From an uncultured Pseudomonadota bacterium (GTDB lineage Bacteria > Pseudomonadota > Alphaproteobacteria > Rs-D84): a stretch of 64,000 nucleotides of DNA. Positions 46,378 to 56,658 of the stretch are shown one piece after another (within the stretch, counting starts at the first letter, position 1; each line of letters starts with the position of its first letter). The notes below the pieces were generated by a model. It searched no databases. It was not told the DNA's origin and saw only the letters and a list, made by a program, of their open reading frames with translations. Position numbers and translations under genes: made by a program. The stretch is taken from positions 144,642-208,641 of the forward strand of contig CACXXP010000001.1 of the NCBI GenBank assembly GCA_902771695.1, read 5' to 3'.

Positions 46378-48357
46378 TTATACGAATAAATCTTTTACAA
46401 ATTGGGCGTGTTCCGTGATAAAGCGGAAACGAAATTCTGGTTTTTTGCCCATCAGCTCAGATACAATTGTGCGTGTCTTTTCAGTATCTTCGGCACCTTC
46501 GTCGGTACGCGGCGGCAAATCAACACGTATTAAACGGCGGGTTTTGGGTGACATTGTCGTTTCTTTTAATTGGTTAGGCATCATTTCCCCAAGCCCTTTG
46601 AATCGTGATATTTCAACCTTTTTATTCTTGTATTTACCATTTGTTAATGATTCTAATTCTTCGTCACTGTCTACGTACATCGATTCGGTACCATAGGTCA
46701 ATTTATACAGCGGTGGACACGACAGGTACAAATGCCCCCCATAAATCAATTGAGGCATAAATTGATAGAAAAAAGCCATCAATAATGATGCAATATGGCT
46801 GCCATCAACATCGGCATCGGTCATGATGATAATTTTTTCATAACGTAATTTTGCATCGTCCCAATCTTTTGCAGTTCCGGCCCCGATAATATCGATCAAA
46901 TCATTTAATTCACGATTGTTGCCGAATCGTTCATCTGAATTTGACACGACATTTAACACCTTGCCACGCAAAGGCATGATTGCCTGGGTTGCACGGTCGC
47001 GTGCTTGTTTCGCGGTTCCGCCCGCAGATTCTCCTTCTACAATAAATAATTCTGTTCCGGCAACCCCATGTTTGGAACAATCAGCCAATTTTGCAGGCAT
47101 GCGGATGCGTTTTGTTGGGGTTTTACGTGCGACCTCTTTAACCTGTTTCACGCGAATACGAGCATTAGCCAGGTTGATTATAAATTCCAACAATGCGTTC
47201 GCGGTTTTCGGGTCAGATGCCAAGAACATTTCCCACGGGTCACGCAAAGCATTTTCTGTGTATTTTGCAATTTCTGGATTGGATAACTTTTCCTTTGTTT
47301 GCCCCAAAAATTGCGGGGTTTTATAGAACACAGACACAATTGCCGCAACGGAATCAAACACATCTTCGCCGATGATATTTGCGGCCGCCTTGTTATTTAC
47401 CTTTTCGCCATACGCCTTAATCCCACGGGTAATTGCCGATTTAAATCCGGTTTCATGTGTGCCACCATCAATGGTTGCGATGGTATTGCAATAAGAAGCA
47501 AAGAATCCATCATCTGATGCCGCACCATTTTCGTCAGTTAAAAATGTTAATGCCCATTCTGCACGACCGCTGTCATCTGGGAAATCAACCGCCCCAGAAA
47601 ATATGCGTGGCAATATGCGCGGTTTGTCTTTTGTTTTTTCTTCCAAGAAATCCGCGACACCATTCGGATAGTAGAATGTTGTATCGGTTGGTATTTCCAT
47701 GTCCGCGGTCAGTAATTCAGGTGCACAGTGCCAATCTATTTTTACACCGCGTGACAAAAACGCCTTGGCACGTGCCATACGATAAATTTTTATCGGTTTA
47801 AATACCGCAGATGCGCCAAATATTTCATCGTCCAATGTAAATCGTATAGATGTTCCATGTGATTTGGACGGGTTGCCACGGGTCATTTTTGACGTTGGCT
47901 TGCCCCGCGAAAATGTTTGGTGCCATTCGTATCCATCGCGGGCAATGGTTACATCCATACTGGACGACAGGGCATTAACAACCGCACTGCCCACCCCATG
48001 CAGACCGCCACTGGTTTTGTAAACGTTATTATTAAATTTTCCCCCTGAATGCAGAGTGGTTAAAATAACCTCTAATGCGGATTTTCCGGGGTACTTTGGA
48101 TGTTCATCAATCGGGATACCGCGACCATCATCGGTAATTTCAATTGTTTTTGAATCTATTAGGCGAACAGTGATTTTCTTGGCAAAACCGGCAACCGCTT
48201 CGTCAATGGAATTATCCATAATTTCCACCGGCAAATGGTGCCACGCCTTTTCATCGGTACCACCAATATACATACCTGGGCGCAGACGAACCGGTTCCAG
48301 CCCTTCTAGTACCTGGATATCAGATGCATCATAAGAATGTTTGTTTTGTTCTGCCAT
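46378..48357 (-). CDS. parE: DNA topoisomerase IV subunit B
   Basis: LEGLEPVRLRPGMYIGGTD, DNSIDEAVAGFA, SGGLHGVG, AKQARDR, DADVDGSHIASLL, RFKGLGEM. Confidence 0.92.
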   Translation of the reverse strand: MAEQNKHSYDASDIQVLEGLEPVRLRPGMYIGGTDEKAWHHLPVEIMDNSIDEAVAGFAKKITVRLIDSKTIEITDDGRGIPIDEHPKYPGKSALEVILTTLHSGGKFNNNVYKTSGGLHGVGSAVVNALSSSMDVTIARDGYEWHQTFSRGKPTSKMTRGNPSKSHGTSIRFTLDDEIFGASAVFKPIKIYRMARAKAFLSRGVKIDWHCAPELLTADMEIPTDTTFYYPNGVADFLEEKTKDKPRILPRIFSGAVDFPDDSGRAEWALTFLTDENGAASDDGFFASYCNTIATIDGGTHETGFKSAITRGIKAYGEKVNNKAAANIIGEDVFDSVAAIVSVFYKTPQFLGQTKEKLSNPEIAKYTENALRDPWEMFLASDPKTANALLEFIINLANARIRVKQVKEVARKTPTKRIRMPAKLADCSKHGVAGTELFIVEGESAGGTAKQARDRATQAIMPLRGKVLNVVSNSDERFGNNRELNDLIDIIGAGTAKDWDDAKLRYEKIIIMTDADVDGSHIASLLMAFFYQFMPQLIYGGHLYLSCPPLYKLTYGTESMYVDSDEELESLTNGKYKNKKVEISRFKGLGEMMPNQLKETTMSPKTRRLIRVDLPPRTDEGAEDTEKTRTIVSELMGKKPEFRFRFITEHAQFVKDLFV

Positions 48358-48502
48358 AACAAGATATTATTAGAACATTATTTCATTTTGTGCAAGCCCA
48401 AACATACAGTTTCAAGGAAAAATAATAAGTGTTGGGTGGACTTGATTTTCTTGAAATTGTGATTATATATTATGGCAGTAAGATGCTAAGGGAACCATTG
48501 AC

Positions 48503-49630
48503 ATGAATAAAAATCCTTATGAAGTACTTGGGGTTGCGCGTGATGCGTCTGATACAGATATTAAAAAGGCATATCATAAATTAGTTATGCAATATCATCC
48601 GGATAAAAACCCGGGGGACAAGGCCGCCGAAGAAAAATTCAAGGAAGTAAACAACGCATTTGATATATTAAAAGACCCACAAAAACGTGCGGCGTATGAC
48701 CGATATGGTGATGCGGCGTTCGCAGGTGGAAATGGTGCATCGGCGGGTATGGGGGGAAATCCGTTTGGAAATGGTGCATTCCATTTTGATATGGGTGGTG
48801 GCGCCGGAATGGAAGATATTCTGCGCGAAGCCATGCGTGGATTTGGTTTTGGTGGGTTTGATGGTGGCGGCGCGCGTGGCGCAAATGCGCAACAGCGCGG
48901 ACGCGATTTGTTGGATGAAGTAGTCATAAGTTTGCGTGACGCATATTTTGGTAAAACACATACAGTTAAATTTTCCAGCAATGTAAAATGCGACAAGTGT
49001 AATGGGTATGGCACAGCGGATGGCAAGCCCGCACCGACCTGTGCACGTTGTCATGGGACGGGTTATGTAAATGTTCAGCGTGGATTTTTTGCAATGCAGA
49101 CACCATGTCCGGAATGTAATGGGCTGGGGCACAAGATAGATAAAAAATGCTCTGATTGCGATGGCAGCGGTGTTATACATAAAAACAGAACCATAGATGT
49201 AAAAATTCCGGCGGGAATTGAAGATGGTGCGCGCCTTCGTCTTGGGGGACAAGGCGAGGCGGGTGTAAATGGTGGGCCGGCGGGTGATTTTTATCTGGAT
49301 GTGCGTGTAAAGCCCGATGATAAATTTGAACGCGATGGTGCAAACCTTATTATGCATGTTGATTTGCCGTTTACCACACTTGCATTGGGTGGCGAGATAG
49401 AGATAGAAACAATTGACGATAAAAAATTGTCGGTCAAGGTGCCAGTGGGAACCCAGGTTGGTGAAAAACTGCGCGTGCGTGGTCATGGTATGCCAACAGG
49501 GCGCGGGGCATCGTTTGGTGACTTGTATATAGATATTGGAATTACAATACCGACAAAACTTACCGAAAAACAGAAAAAGATACTTAGTGAGTTTGCAGAA
49601 ACCAAAAGTGCCAAAAAAGGTTGGTTTTAG
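48503..49630 (+). CDS. dnaJ: Chaperone DnaJ
   Basis: HPD J-domain, G/F region, four CxxCxGxG repeats. Confidence 0.96.
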   Translation: MNKNPYEVLGVARDASDTDIKKAYHKLVMQYHPDKNPGDKAAEEKFKEVNNAFDILKDPQKRAAYDRYGDAAFAGGNGASAGMGGNPFGNGAFHFDMGGGAGMEDILREAMRGFGFGGFDGGGARGANAQQRGRDLLDEVVISLRDAYFGKTHTVKFSSNVKCDKCNGYGTADGKPAPTCARCHGTGYVNVQRGFFAMQTPCPECNGLGHKIDKKCSDCDGSGVIHKNRTIDVKIPAGIEDGARLRLGGQGEAGVNGGPAGDFYLDVRVKPDDKFERDGANLIMHVDLPFTTLALGGEIEIETIDDKKLSVKVPVGTQVGEKLRVRGHGMPTGRGASFGDLYIDIGITIPTKLTEKQKKILSEFAETKSAKKGWF

Positions 49631-49644
49631 AAAAACGTATGTAT

Positions 49645-49678
49645 AAAAAAGCCCGACTAAAAATGTCGGGCTTTTTTT
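49645..49678. terminator. Bidirectional terminator (dnaJ/pgsA)
   Basis: AAAAAAGCCCGAC...GTCGGGCTTTTTTT. Confidence 0.8.
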
Positions 49679-49692
49679 GATTCATGTTTGAT

Positions 49693-50286
49693 TTATTTTT
49701 TTATCGCCTTGGCAAAATCTGCTGTATATTGCACCGCAGACCATATACCAGATGCCAATGCAAACCACAACGCAAATATTCCAATATTTGGTAATGCATA
49801 AATTGTATAAATCAGGGCTTTACCACTGGATGCGTCGTTAACAGATGCACCAATTGCAAACAGACACAAGAAAGCCAGTATTGCAATCATTTGCATCGCG
49901 GCCTTGATTTTTCCTGGGGAAAAACGTGATGTCGGATGTTTCGCAGATATTTTTTGGGTGCCCATAAATTCGCGCAGACCGCTGACGTATAATTCACGAC
50001 CAACCATCAAGATAATCGGAATCACAATAAACCACACCGGCATCATAATGCACAATAATATAAAAGAATTTACAACCAAAAATTTATCCGCAATGCTGTC
50101 CAATACAATGCCTGTTTTGGTGCATACATTGTATTTGCGTGCCAGATATCCATCAAAAAAATCACTTAACGCGGCCAGTAAGAATAGAATTACGGTTGTT
50201 TTATACATGCCACTCATCAATGTTCCAATGAGGGCGAATGCCGCAAAAATGCGGAATGATGACAAAAAGTTTACAAAAAATTTCAT
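49693..50286 (-). CDS. pgsA: CDP-alcohol phosphatidyltransferase (PgsA)
   Basis: SDFFDGYLAR...G..LDSIADK, RELYVSGLRE; downstream of uvrC. Confidence 0.9.
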   Translation of the reverse strand: MKFFVNFLSSFRIFAAFALIGTLMSGMYKTTVILFLLAALSDFFDGYLARKYNVCTKTGIVLDSIADKFLVVNSFILLCIMMPVWFIVIPIILMVGRELYVSGLREFMGTQKISAKHPTSRFSPGKIKAAMQMIAILAFLCLFAIGASVNDASSGKALIYTIYALPNIGIFALWFALASGIWSAVQYTADFAKAIKK

Positions 50287-50331
50287 AGATATTCTCCTTT
50301 ATTTATTATATGTGGTAATTATAGCACAATA

Positions 50332-51756
50332 CTAATGAAAATGGTTATATATTTTTTCGGCGGCTGATTTGCCCAGGCCTGGAACGCATCGCAATGCAGT
50401 AATGTCTGCATCCATAATTGCCCGTACGGATCCAAAATGATTTAATAACATTTTTTTTCGTGTTGGTCCGATTCCTTCTATTTCATCCAAACAAGAACCG
50501 GTCATGGATTTTGCACGTGTTGTGCGGTGGTATGTAATTACAAAACGGTGTGCTTCGTCGCGGACATGCCGCAACAATAAAAACAGTTTGGAATCTTTGG
50601 GCATGGTTCTGTATTCAGAACCATCGGGCATAATAAAATGTTCGTCACCATTACGGACTTCACCCTTGGTGACGCCAATAACGGCAATGTTTGGCGCGGT
50701 TTCGTGTGCGATATTCCATTGGGCGCGTCCGCCATCAACAATTATTAAATCAAGTTCGGGACTGTTTTCAATTGCACGTGAAACAAATTCTTGCATCATT
50801 GCAATATCATTTCCGGCACGCGCGCGGTCACGTAATTTGAAATGACGATAACCACTTTTTATAAAACCATCGTGGCCAAATGTTATCATCGCACCAACAG
50901 GGTTCGTTCCAAATAAATGTGAATTATCAAAAACGCCGGCATAAGTTATTTTTTTACCTATCCATGTTTCCATTTCTTTGACAGTTTTATTCCAATTTGT
51001 ATTGTCATAAGATTTTTCTGTATACGGCGTATTTTGCCGTATACCACGGACGGATGTTTTTGTTAACGCGGTAATTTTGTCACGAATTATTCCGGCGTTT
51101 TCATAATCCATATTGTCTGATAATTTTTTCATTTGTGCGGATAATTCTGTGACAATAGGTTCACTGTCACCAGTTAAAATCCGCCGTGCAAGTTTTACAT
51201 TATCATTATAGTCAGAAACTGGCATACAGCATGGTGCCGAACAGCGCCCAATTTGATACAATAAACATGGACGTGTACGGTTACGCATAAATGTATCATT
51301 GCATGTTCGCAAACGACATACTTTCTGAATCATTTTTATTGTTTCGTTTAATGCCTGGACTGACGGATATGGACCGTATACATCACGACGTTGTGATATC
51401 TTGCCACGAAATTTTAGTAACCGCGGAAATTTATGATTTGTTAACGCCAACATCGGATACATTTTTCCATCGGTCAGCATAATGTTATATTTGGGCTTTT
51501 CTGATTTAATCAGTTTTTCTTCCAATATCAAGGCATCTGATTCAGTAGGTGTGATTTCCCATTCAACCCGTGTGACCAAAGATCGCATGACCTGCTTATG
51601 TAATTCCAATTTGGATATATCAATATATTGTCCCAACCGGTTGGCAAGATTTTTTGCCTTGCCCACGTATAACAGGTTGCCGTATGCATCATACATACGA
51701 TATACCCCAGGGGAATTTGGAGCATTAACAATTAAATCGCGGAATTGAATATTCAT
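50332..51756 (-). CDS. uvrC: Excinuclease ABC subunit C (short form)
   Basis: PGVYRM, LYVGKAKNL, KPKYNI, RPCLLYQIGRCSAPC, FDNSH, VDGG, VRDEAHRF, HhH. Confidence 0.93.
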   Translation of the reverse strand: MNIQFRDLIVNAPNSPGVYRMYDAYGNLLYVGKAKNLANRLGQYIDISKLELHKQVMRSLVTRVEWEITPTESDALILEEKLIKSEKPKYNIMLTDGKMYPMLALTNHKFPRLLKFRGKISQRRDVYGPYPSVQALNETIKMIQKVCRLRTCNDTFMRNRTRPCLLYQIGRCSAPCCMPVSDYNDNVKLARRILTGDSEPIVTELSAQMKKLSDNMDYENAGIIRDKITALTKTSVRGIRQNTPYTEKSYDNTNWNKTVKEMETWIGKKITYAGVFDNSHLFGTNPVGAMITFGHDGFIKSGYRHFKLRDRARAGNDIAMMQEFVSRAIENSPELDLIIVDGGRAQWNIAHETAPNIAVIGVTKGEVRNGDEHFIMPDGSEYRTMPKDSKLFLLLRHVRDEAHRFVITYHRTTRAKSMTGSCLDEIEGIGPTRKKMLLNHFGSVRAIMDADITALRCVPGLGKSAAEKIYNHFH

Positions 51757-51806
51757 ACCTTTTATGATAGAATAAAAGTGTAAAAATAGCAAATAAAGGA
51801 ATAAAC

Positions 51807-52271
51807 ATGAAAAACGAATCAGGACGTTCAATGATAGAAATGCTTGGGGTGCTTGCTATTATGGGGGTGTTGACCGTGGGCGCAATTGGCATGATTTCAA
51901 CCGCTATGCGGACCCAAAAACGCAATACTGTGAACGAAGAAGTATTGCAAATTGTGACCGGTGTACGCCAGTTATTGGGTGAATATGACGATTTTTCCAA
52001 TATAAATAATTCAACTATATTTGGGGCAATTGGCATGTCATCCAAGAACCCGTATGGTGGTACATATGAGTTGTCGGTTGACCCATCTAATTCACGTCAA
52101 TTTATTATTTCTATTACTGGGTTGTCCGAAACAGATTGTGAATATTTCGGTACAAAAGCGTGGGCCGATTCGGTTGGTTATATAAATTCTGACGGTAAAC
52201 AAAGTGGCGCAACCAGTTCGTGCAATTTGGGTAACGGCAGAAATATTGTGAAAATAACATACGGCGAATAA
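51807..52271 (+). CDS. Type IV pilin-like protein (PilS-like)
   Basis: Class III signal MKNESG|RSMIEMLGVLAI (E5), hydrophobic helix, KNPYGG, GLSETDC...C. Confidence 0.8.
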   Translation: MKNESGRSMIEMLGVLAIMGVLTVGAIGMISTAMRTQKRNTVNEEVLQIVTGVRQLLGEYDDFSNINNSTIFGAIGMSSKNPYGGTYELSVDPSNSRQFIISITGLSETDCEYFGTKAWADSVGYINSDGKQSGATSSCNLGNGRNIVKITYGE

Positions 52272-52274
52272 TAG

Positions 52275-53240
52275 ATGGCTGATTCCATAATCGTTTCGCC
52301 GGTTGAAGACGGAACCCGTTTGTTGCGCTGGTTTTTGCGTCACTTTCCATCTATGCCCCAGCGTGAATTTTACCGGCTGTGCCGTGGTGGGCAAATACGT
52401 GTAAATTCTGCTCGGTGCAAGGGAATGGAAATTTTACGCGAAGGTGATGCTGTTCGTATTCCACCAACAATTGGTGGATATTTAATTGCACCCAAAAAAG
52501 ATGAATCTGGGGAAAAATTCTCTTTATCAGATTTGGAAAAATTACGTAAAACTATCGTTCACAGTGATGATGATATTGTGGTGTTTAATAAACCTGCGGG
52601 TCTTGCCGTCCAGGGCGGAACAGGTATTCGTAAATCTGTGGATAAAATGGCGGCGGCATTATTTCCATACGCAAAAATATCATTGGTTCATCGGCTGGAT
52701 ATGGAAACCAGTGGTTTATTGGTCGTTGCAAAAAATCAACATGCAGCCCAGGTTTTATCGCGTGCATTTCAGAATAAGACCGCACACAAGGAATATTTGG
52801 CGTTATTAAATGGTGATATTGCACAAACGCATGGGATTATAGACAATTATTTGTTAAAGGGTCGGGTGTTTGATACCCCAGAACGCGAAAATGGAACAGG
52901 GGCACGTCCATATCATGCAGTGACCGAATATCGTGTGTTGGCGCGCGCATCGGGGATGCTGACGTGGATTTTATTTATGCCGCAAACAGGCCGGACACAC
53001 CAATTACGATTGCACAGCGCGTTAACTTTGGGGGCACCAATTGTTGGTGATAATTTATACGGTCGGAATAAAAAAATTGGCCCAGGATTAGAATCTGTGT
53101 TGGCAACAAATAATTTGTTTTTGTTTGCATACAAGATTACAATCCAACATCCAACCAGTGGTAAAATGATAACTTTCCGGGCGCCTGTGCCAGATTTTAT
53201 GAAACCGGTAATGAATTTATTAGAGTTGCAGTTACCATAA
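52275..53240 (+). CDS. RluA family pseudouridine synthase (RluC-like)
   Basis: S4-like N-terminus, NKPAGLAVQGG, VHRLDMETSG, TGRTHQLR, PIVGD. Confidence 0.93.
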   Translation: MADSIIVSPVEDGTRLLRWFLRHFPSMPQREFYRLCRGGQIRVNSARCKGMEILREGDAVRIPPTIGGYLIAPKKDESGEKFSLSDLEKLRKTIVHSDDDIVVFNKPAGLAVQGGTGIRKSVDKMAAALFPYAKISLVHRLDMETSGLLVVAKNQHAAQVLSRAFQNKTAHKEYLALLNGDIAQTHGIIDNYLLKGRVFDTPERENGTGARPYHAVTEYRVLARASGMLTWILFMPQTGRTHQLRLHSALTLGAPIVGDNLYGRNKKIGPGLESVLATNNLFLFAYKITIQHPTSGKMITFRAPVPDFMKPVMNLLELQLP

Positions 53241-53252
53241 AGCGGGGCCGAT

Positions 53253-55385
53253 ATGAAACATATGACACGAAAGAAAAAATTTTTTGTTATTGCACGTGCA
53301 GTGTTTTTATTTTTTGCGGTGTCGGTTGTCGCAATTGTTGTGGCGTTGTCAAAAATAGATATAAACAGTTTGCGTGGAAATATTTTGGATGTGTTGCGTA
53401 ATTCCACAGGTTTGCCGGTTGAAATTTCGGGTGATGTTTCGTGGAAATTATCTTTGCGTCCACGTGTGACGATTCACCAAATTACTGTGCCTAATTACGA
53501 AGGCGCAAAACATAAAAATATGTTTGAGGCAGATACCGTAGAGGTTCGTCTAGATTTAATATCGTTGTTCAGAAATCGCCCAACAATTCAACATGTTCGT
53601 GTGCGGAATGCAAAAGTGTTTTGGGATGAAAAATCAAGTGCCAAATATAATGCTGCAAATACAGAAAAGAAAGAGGCAGTAGAAAATGAAAAACAGCCCG
53701 ATACAGCAGAAATCACTGTACAGACAGAATCAGAAAAGCCAGAATATCCATTTGAAGATCCAGGTCTTGGTGGTATAGATATTGTTGATTTAGTGTTGAA
53801 CCTAGATGGTGAAAATTATTCTTTTTCGCGTATAAATATTCATGCAAGTTCGTTGCGTAAAAATCGTGAATATCGTGGTTGGGTAAAATTGAAATCAAAT
53901 GTTATTCCGTTCATAGTTTCTTTTGATAAATATAATGAGGAACGCAAAGTTTATCCGGTAAAATTTGCGTTTTCATCAGATGGGGATGCGTTGGTGGCAA
54001 ATGTCGCACTAGAAGGAACCAGTAAAATACCAATTGATTTCATTATCAAGGGTGATATTCCAGATGTGCAACCTTTTGGAGAACTGTTAAATATTGAAAT
54101 ACCAAAAATGCCAGAGATGAAGGTTAACATATCTGGCGGGTTGGGGCACAATAAATTGACATTGCATAAATCTTCGGTGGCTGTGCGTGGCAGTGATATA
54201 AACTTTTCTGGGGCCATAGATTGGTCCAAGAAAAAGTTAGATATCGTTGCAAATTTAAGTTCCAAGAAAATAAATTTAATAGAATTGTTCCCAGAAATAT
54301 ACGGTGGAACAAATAATACCAGCAAGCACAAACCAAATGTATTCAAAGATATGCCGTTGTTTGGTACATATTTGTACGATAAAAATATTGCGTTAAATGT
54401 TGATATCGGAAAATTGATTGTTTATCGCAATTTGTCGTTGGATAAATTAAAGGTTAATGCACGTGTACGTGGCGGAAAACTGCGTATAGACAGTAAAGTT
54501 GTTTTCGCATCTGGGGATATAACCGCCGCAATAGATGGTGACATTGAATCAAATGGGCGTATGAATTTAGAAATGGGGGGAATCGGGCGCGGCATGGTGA
54601 TTGGAACATTGCTGGAACAAATAAATACAAATGACTTTATATCAGAATTGCCGGTTGATTTTGAATTATACGTGCAGGCGTCAGGTTCCAATATGTCCGA
54701 AGTTATGCGGACAATAAACGGTCCGGTTCGTGTGTATTCTACATCGGGCGGATATGCACATTCTGATTTGGTTGCGTATATGTATGGCACGGATTTTTTA
54801 ACCAGTTTGCAACAGAGCATTCACGATATGTTCAGTTCCAAGAAAAAATATGACCAAATGAAGATACAATGTATGGCGACAAATCTAAAATTGCGTGATG
54901 GTTTGATTGAAACACAAAATGGCGTTGCGATTGAAACAAATGCAATAGATGTGATGTTGAATGGCAGTTTGGATTTGGGACATGAAAAAATGAATATGTC
55001 TTTGACGACAATACCGGTGCGCGGGTTGAAATTATCTATTACTGGGAATGTTGTAAACACAATTGCAATAAGTGGTAATTTGGCGGAACCTGATATTAAA
55101 ATCAGTGGCGCGGCCGTTGCCGGCAAGGCATTGTCGGCCACAGGTTTGGGATTATTACTTGCGCCGTTCACGGGTGGTCTGGGATTGGTTGCCGGGGCGG
55201 GCGTTGGATTATTGGCGGGTGATTTATTGGAAAACTGGTTGGCGGATGATCATCCGTGTAAAACAGCATTGAAAAAGGGTGCACCATCACACAAGGGCGA
55301 CCCTGAATGGTTTGATATTCCTGCTTTGGATTTGGCAAATGGGGTTATAAACCCCGGTTCCACGGCCGAATCTAATAAAAAATAA
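53253..55385 (+). CDS. AsmA family protein
   Basis: N-terminal TM anchor, long beta-rich body, C-terminal ISGNLAEP plus Gly-rich hydrophobic tail. Confidence 0.8.
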   Translation: MKHMTRKKKFFVIARAVFLFFAVSVVAIVVALSKIDINSLRGNILDVLRNSTGLPVEISGDVSWKLSLRPRVTIHQITVPNYEGAKHKNMFEADTVEVRLDLISLFRNRPTIQHVRVRNAKVFWDEKSSAKYNAANTEKKEAVENEKQPDTAEITVQTESEKPEYPFEDPGLGGIDIVDLVLNLDGENYSFSRINIHASSLRKNREYRGWVKLKSNVIPFIVSFDKYNEERKVYPVKFAFSSDGDALVANVALEGTSKIPIDFIIKGDIPDVQPFGELLNIEIPKMPEMKVNISGGLGHNKLTLHKSSVAVRGSDINFSGAIDWSKKKLDIVANLSSKKINLIELFPEIYGGTNNTSKHKPNVFKDMPLFGTYLYDKNIALNVDIGKLIVYRNLSLDKLKVNARVRGGKLRIDSKVVFASGDITAAIDGDIESNGRMNLEMGGIGRGMVIGTLLEQINTNDFISELPVDFELYVQASGSNMSEVMRTINGPVRVYSTSGGYAHSDLVAYMYGTDFLTSLQQSIHDMFSSKKKYDQMKIQCMATNLKLRDGLIETQNGVAIETNAIDVMLNGSLDLGHEKMNMSLTTIPVRGLKLSITGNVVNTIAISGNLAEPDIKISGAAVAGKALSATGLGLLLAPFTGGLGLVAGAGVGLLAGDLLENWLADDHPCKTALKKGAPSHKGDPEWFDIPALDLANGVINPGSTAESNKK

Positions 55386-55477
55386 AATCTATTCTTTTGC
55401 TCTTGCACCGAATCGGCATTTTTTGGTAAAATTACAGCCGAGAATGTAGGAACGGTATTAATAAACAGGAGCATAAA

Positions 55478-56596
55478 ATGGAATTTTCTGTATTTCGTCA
55501 GGTTTTAATCCGGGCGCTTGGGCATATGCAGTCGATTGTGGAAAAGCGCGCAACATTGCCGATTTTGATGAATGTAAAATTGGATGTGTCGGATGATTTG
55601 GTTTTGTCTGCAACAAATGTGGATTTGGAATTGGTTGAACATGTTGCGGCCGATGTCACATTGGGTGGCAAGATAACTGTTCCAGTTCAAATGTTATATG
55701 ATATTGTTCGTAAATTGCCGGATGATGCCGAAATTTCGTTTAAACAATCCGGCGATTCTTTGGTGGTATCCAGCAGCCGTGCGGTATTCCATTTACCAAC
55801 ATTGCCAGCGGAAAATTTTCCGGCCATGGCGGGCAGCAATCTGACCACTAAATTCCAAATGACAACTGGGGATTTGGCACACTTGATTAACCAGACCAAG
55901 TTCGCGATTCCAACAGACGATGTTCGTTATCATTTGGGTGGAATTTATTTCCATATATCAAATGATGATGGTTCTAATAAATTGACGGCGGTTGCCACTG
56001 ATGCACAACGTATGGCGTTGTGTGCAATGGATGCGCCGGTGGGATCGGCGGAAATGCCGTCTGTGATTTTGCCACGCCGTGTGATTGGTGAATTGTCAAA
56101 GTTGTTGGAAGATGCGACCGTTGATGATGTAAACATTGAATTGTCTGATACCAAGGCGCGTTTCACGATTGGTGCGGCAATGTTGACCAGCAAATTGGTT
56201 GATGCACAATATCCAAATTATCGTGTTGTTATTCCAAAGGGTAATGACAAGATTGCAATTATGGACAGAAAACAATTTTTAAGTGCGGTTGATTTGGTTT
56301 CTGTTGCCAGTATAGATAAGACAAAATCTGTTCAATTGACATTTTCAATGAACAAATTGGTCGTTAATGCATCAAGTCCAGATGCCGGAACCGCGACCCA
56401 GGAATTAGATATTGAATATAATGGTGATGCATCATTCAGTGTCACATTTAATGTGAAGTTCTTGATGGATGTTGCCGGCCAAGTAGAAGGTGAAAAATTC
56501 CAAATGGAAATGCAAGATCCACTTTCGCCGACAATTATTAAATCTACAAACAAGGATACCGATGCATTGTTCATTTTGATGCCAATGCGTATGTAG
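55478..56596 (+). CDS. dnaN: DNA polymerase III beta clamp
   Basis: TLPILMNV, ATNVDL, VATDAQR, YPNYRVVIP, LMPMR. Confidence 0.96.
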   Translation: MEFSVFRQVLIRALGHMQSIVEKRATLPILMNVKLDVSDDLVLSATNVDLELVEHVAADVTLGGKITVPVQMLYDIVRKLPDDAEISFKQSGDSLVVSSSRAVFHLPTLPAENFPAMAGSNLTTKFQMTTGDLAHLINQTKFAIPTDDVRYHLGGIYFHISNDDGSNKLTAVATDAQRMALCAMDAPVGSAEMPSVILPRRVIGELSKLLEDATVDDVNIELSDTKARFTIGAAMLTSKLVDAQYPNYRVVIPKGNDKIAIMDRKQFLSAVDLVSVASIDKTKSVQLTFSMNKLVVNASSPDAGTATQELDIEYNGDASFSVTFNVKFLMDVAGQVEGEKFQMEMQDPLSPTIIKSTNKDTDALFILMPMRM

Positions 56597-56613
56597 TTGT
56601 TAATGGTTAATGA

Positions 56614-56641
56614 AAAAACGGTCGCAATTGCGACCGTTTTT
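56614..56641. terminator. Perfect palindromic bidirectional terminator
   Basis: AAAAACGGTCGCAATTGCGACCGTTTTT. Confidence 0.82.
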
Positions 56642-56658
56642 AATTTCTTTTTTTGTAA

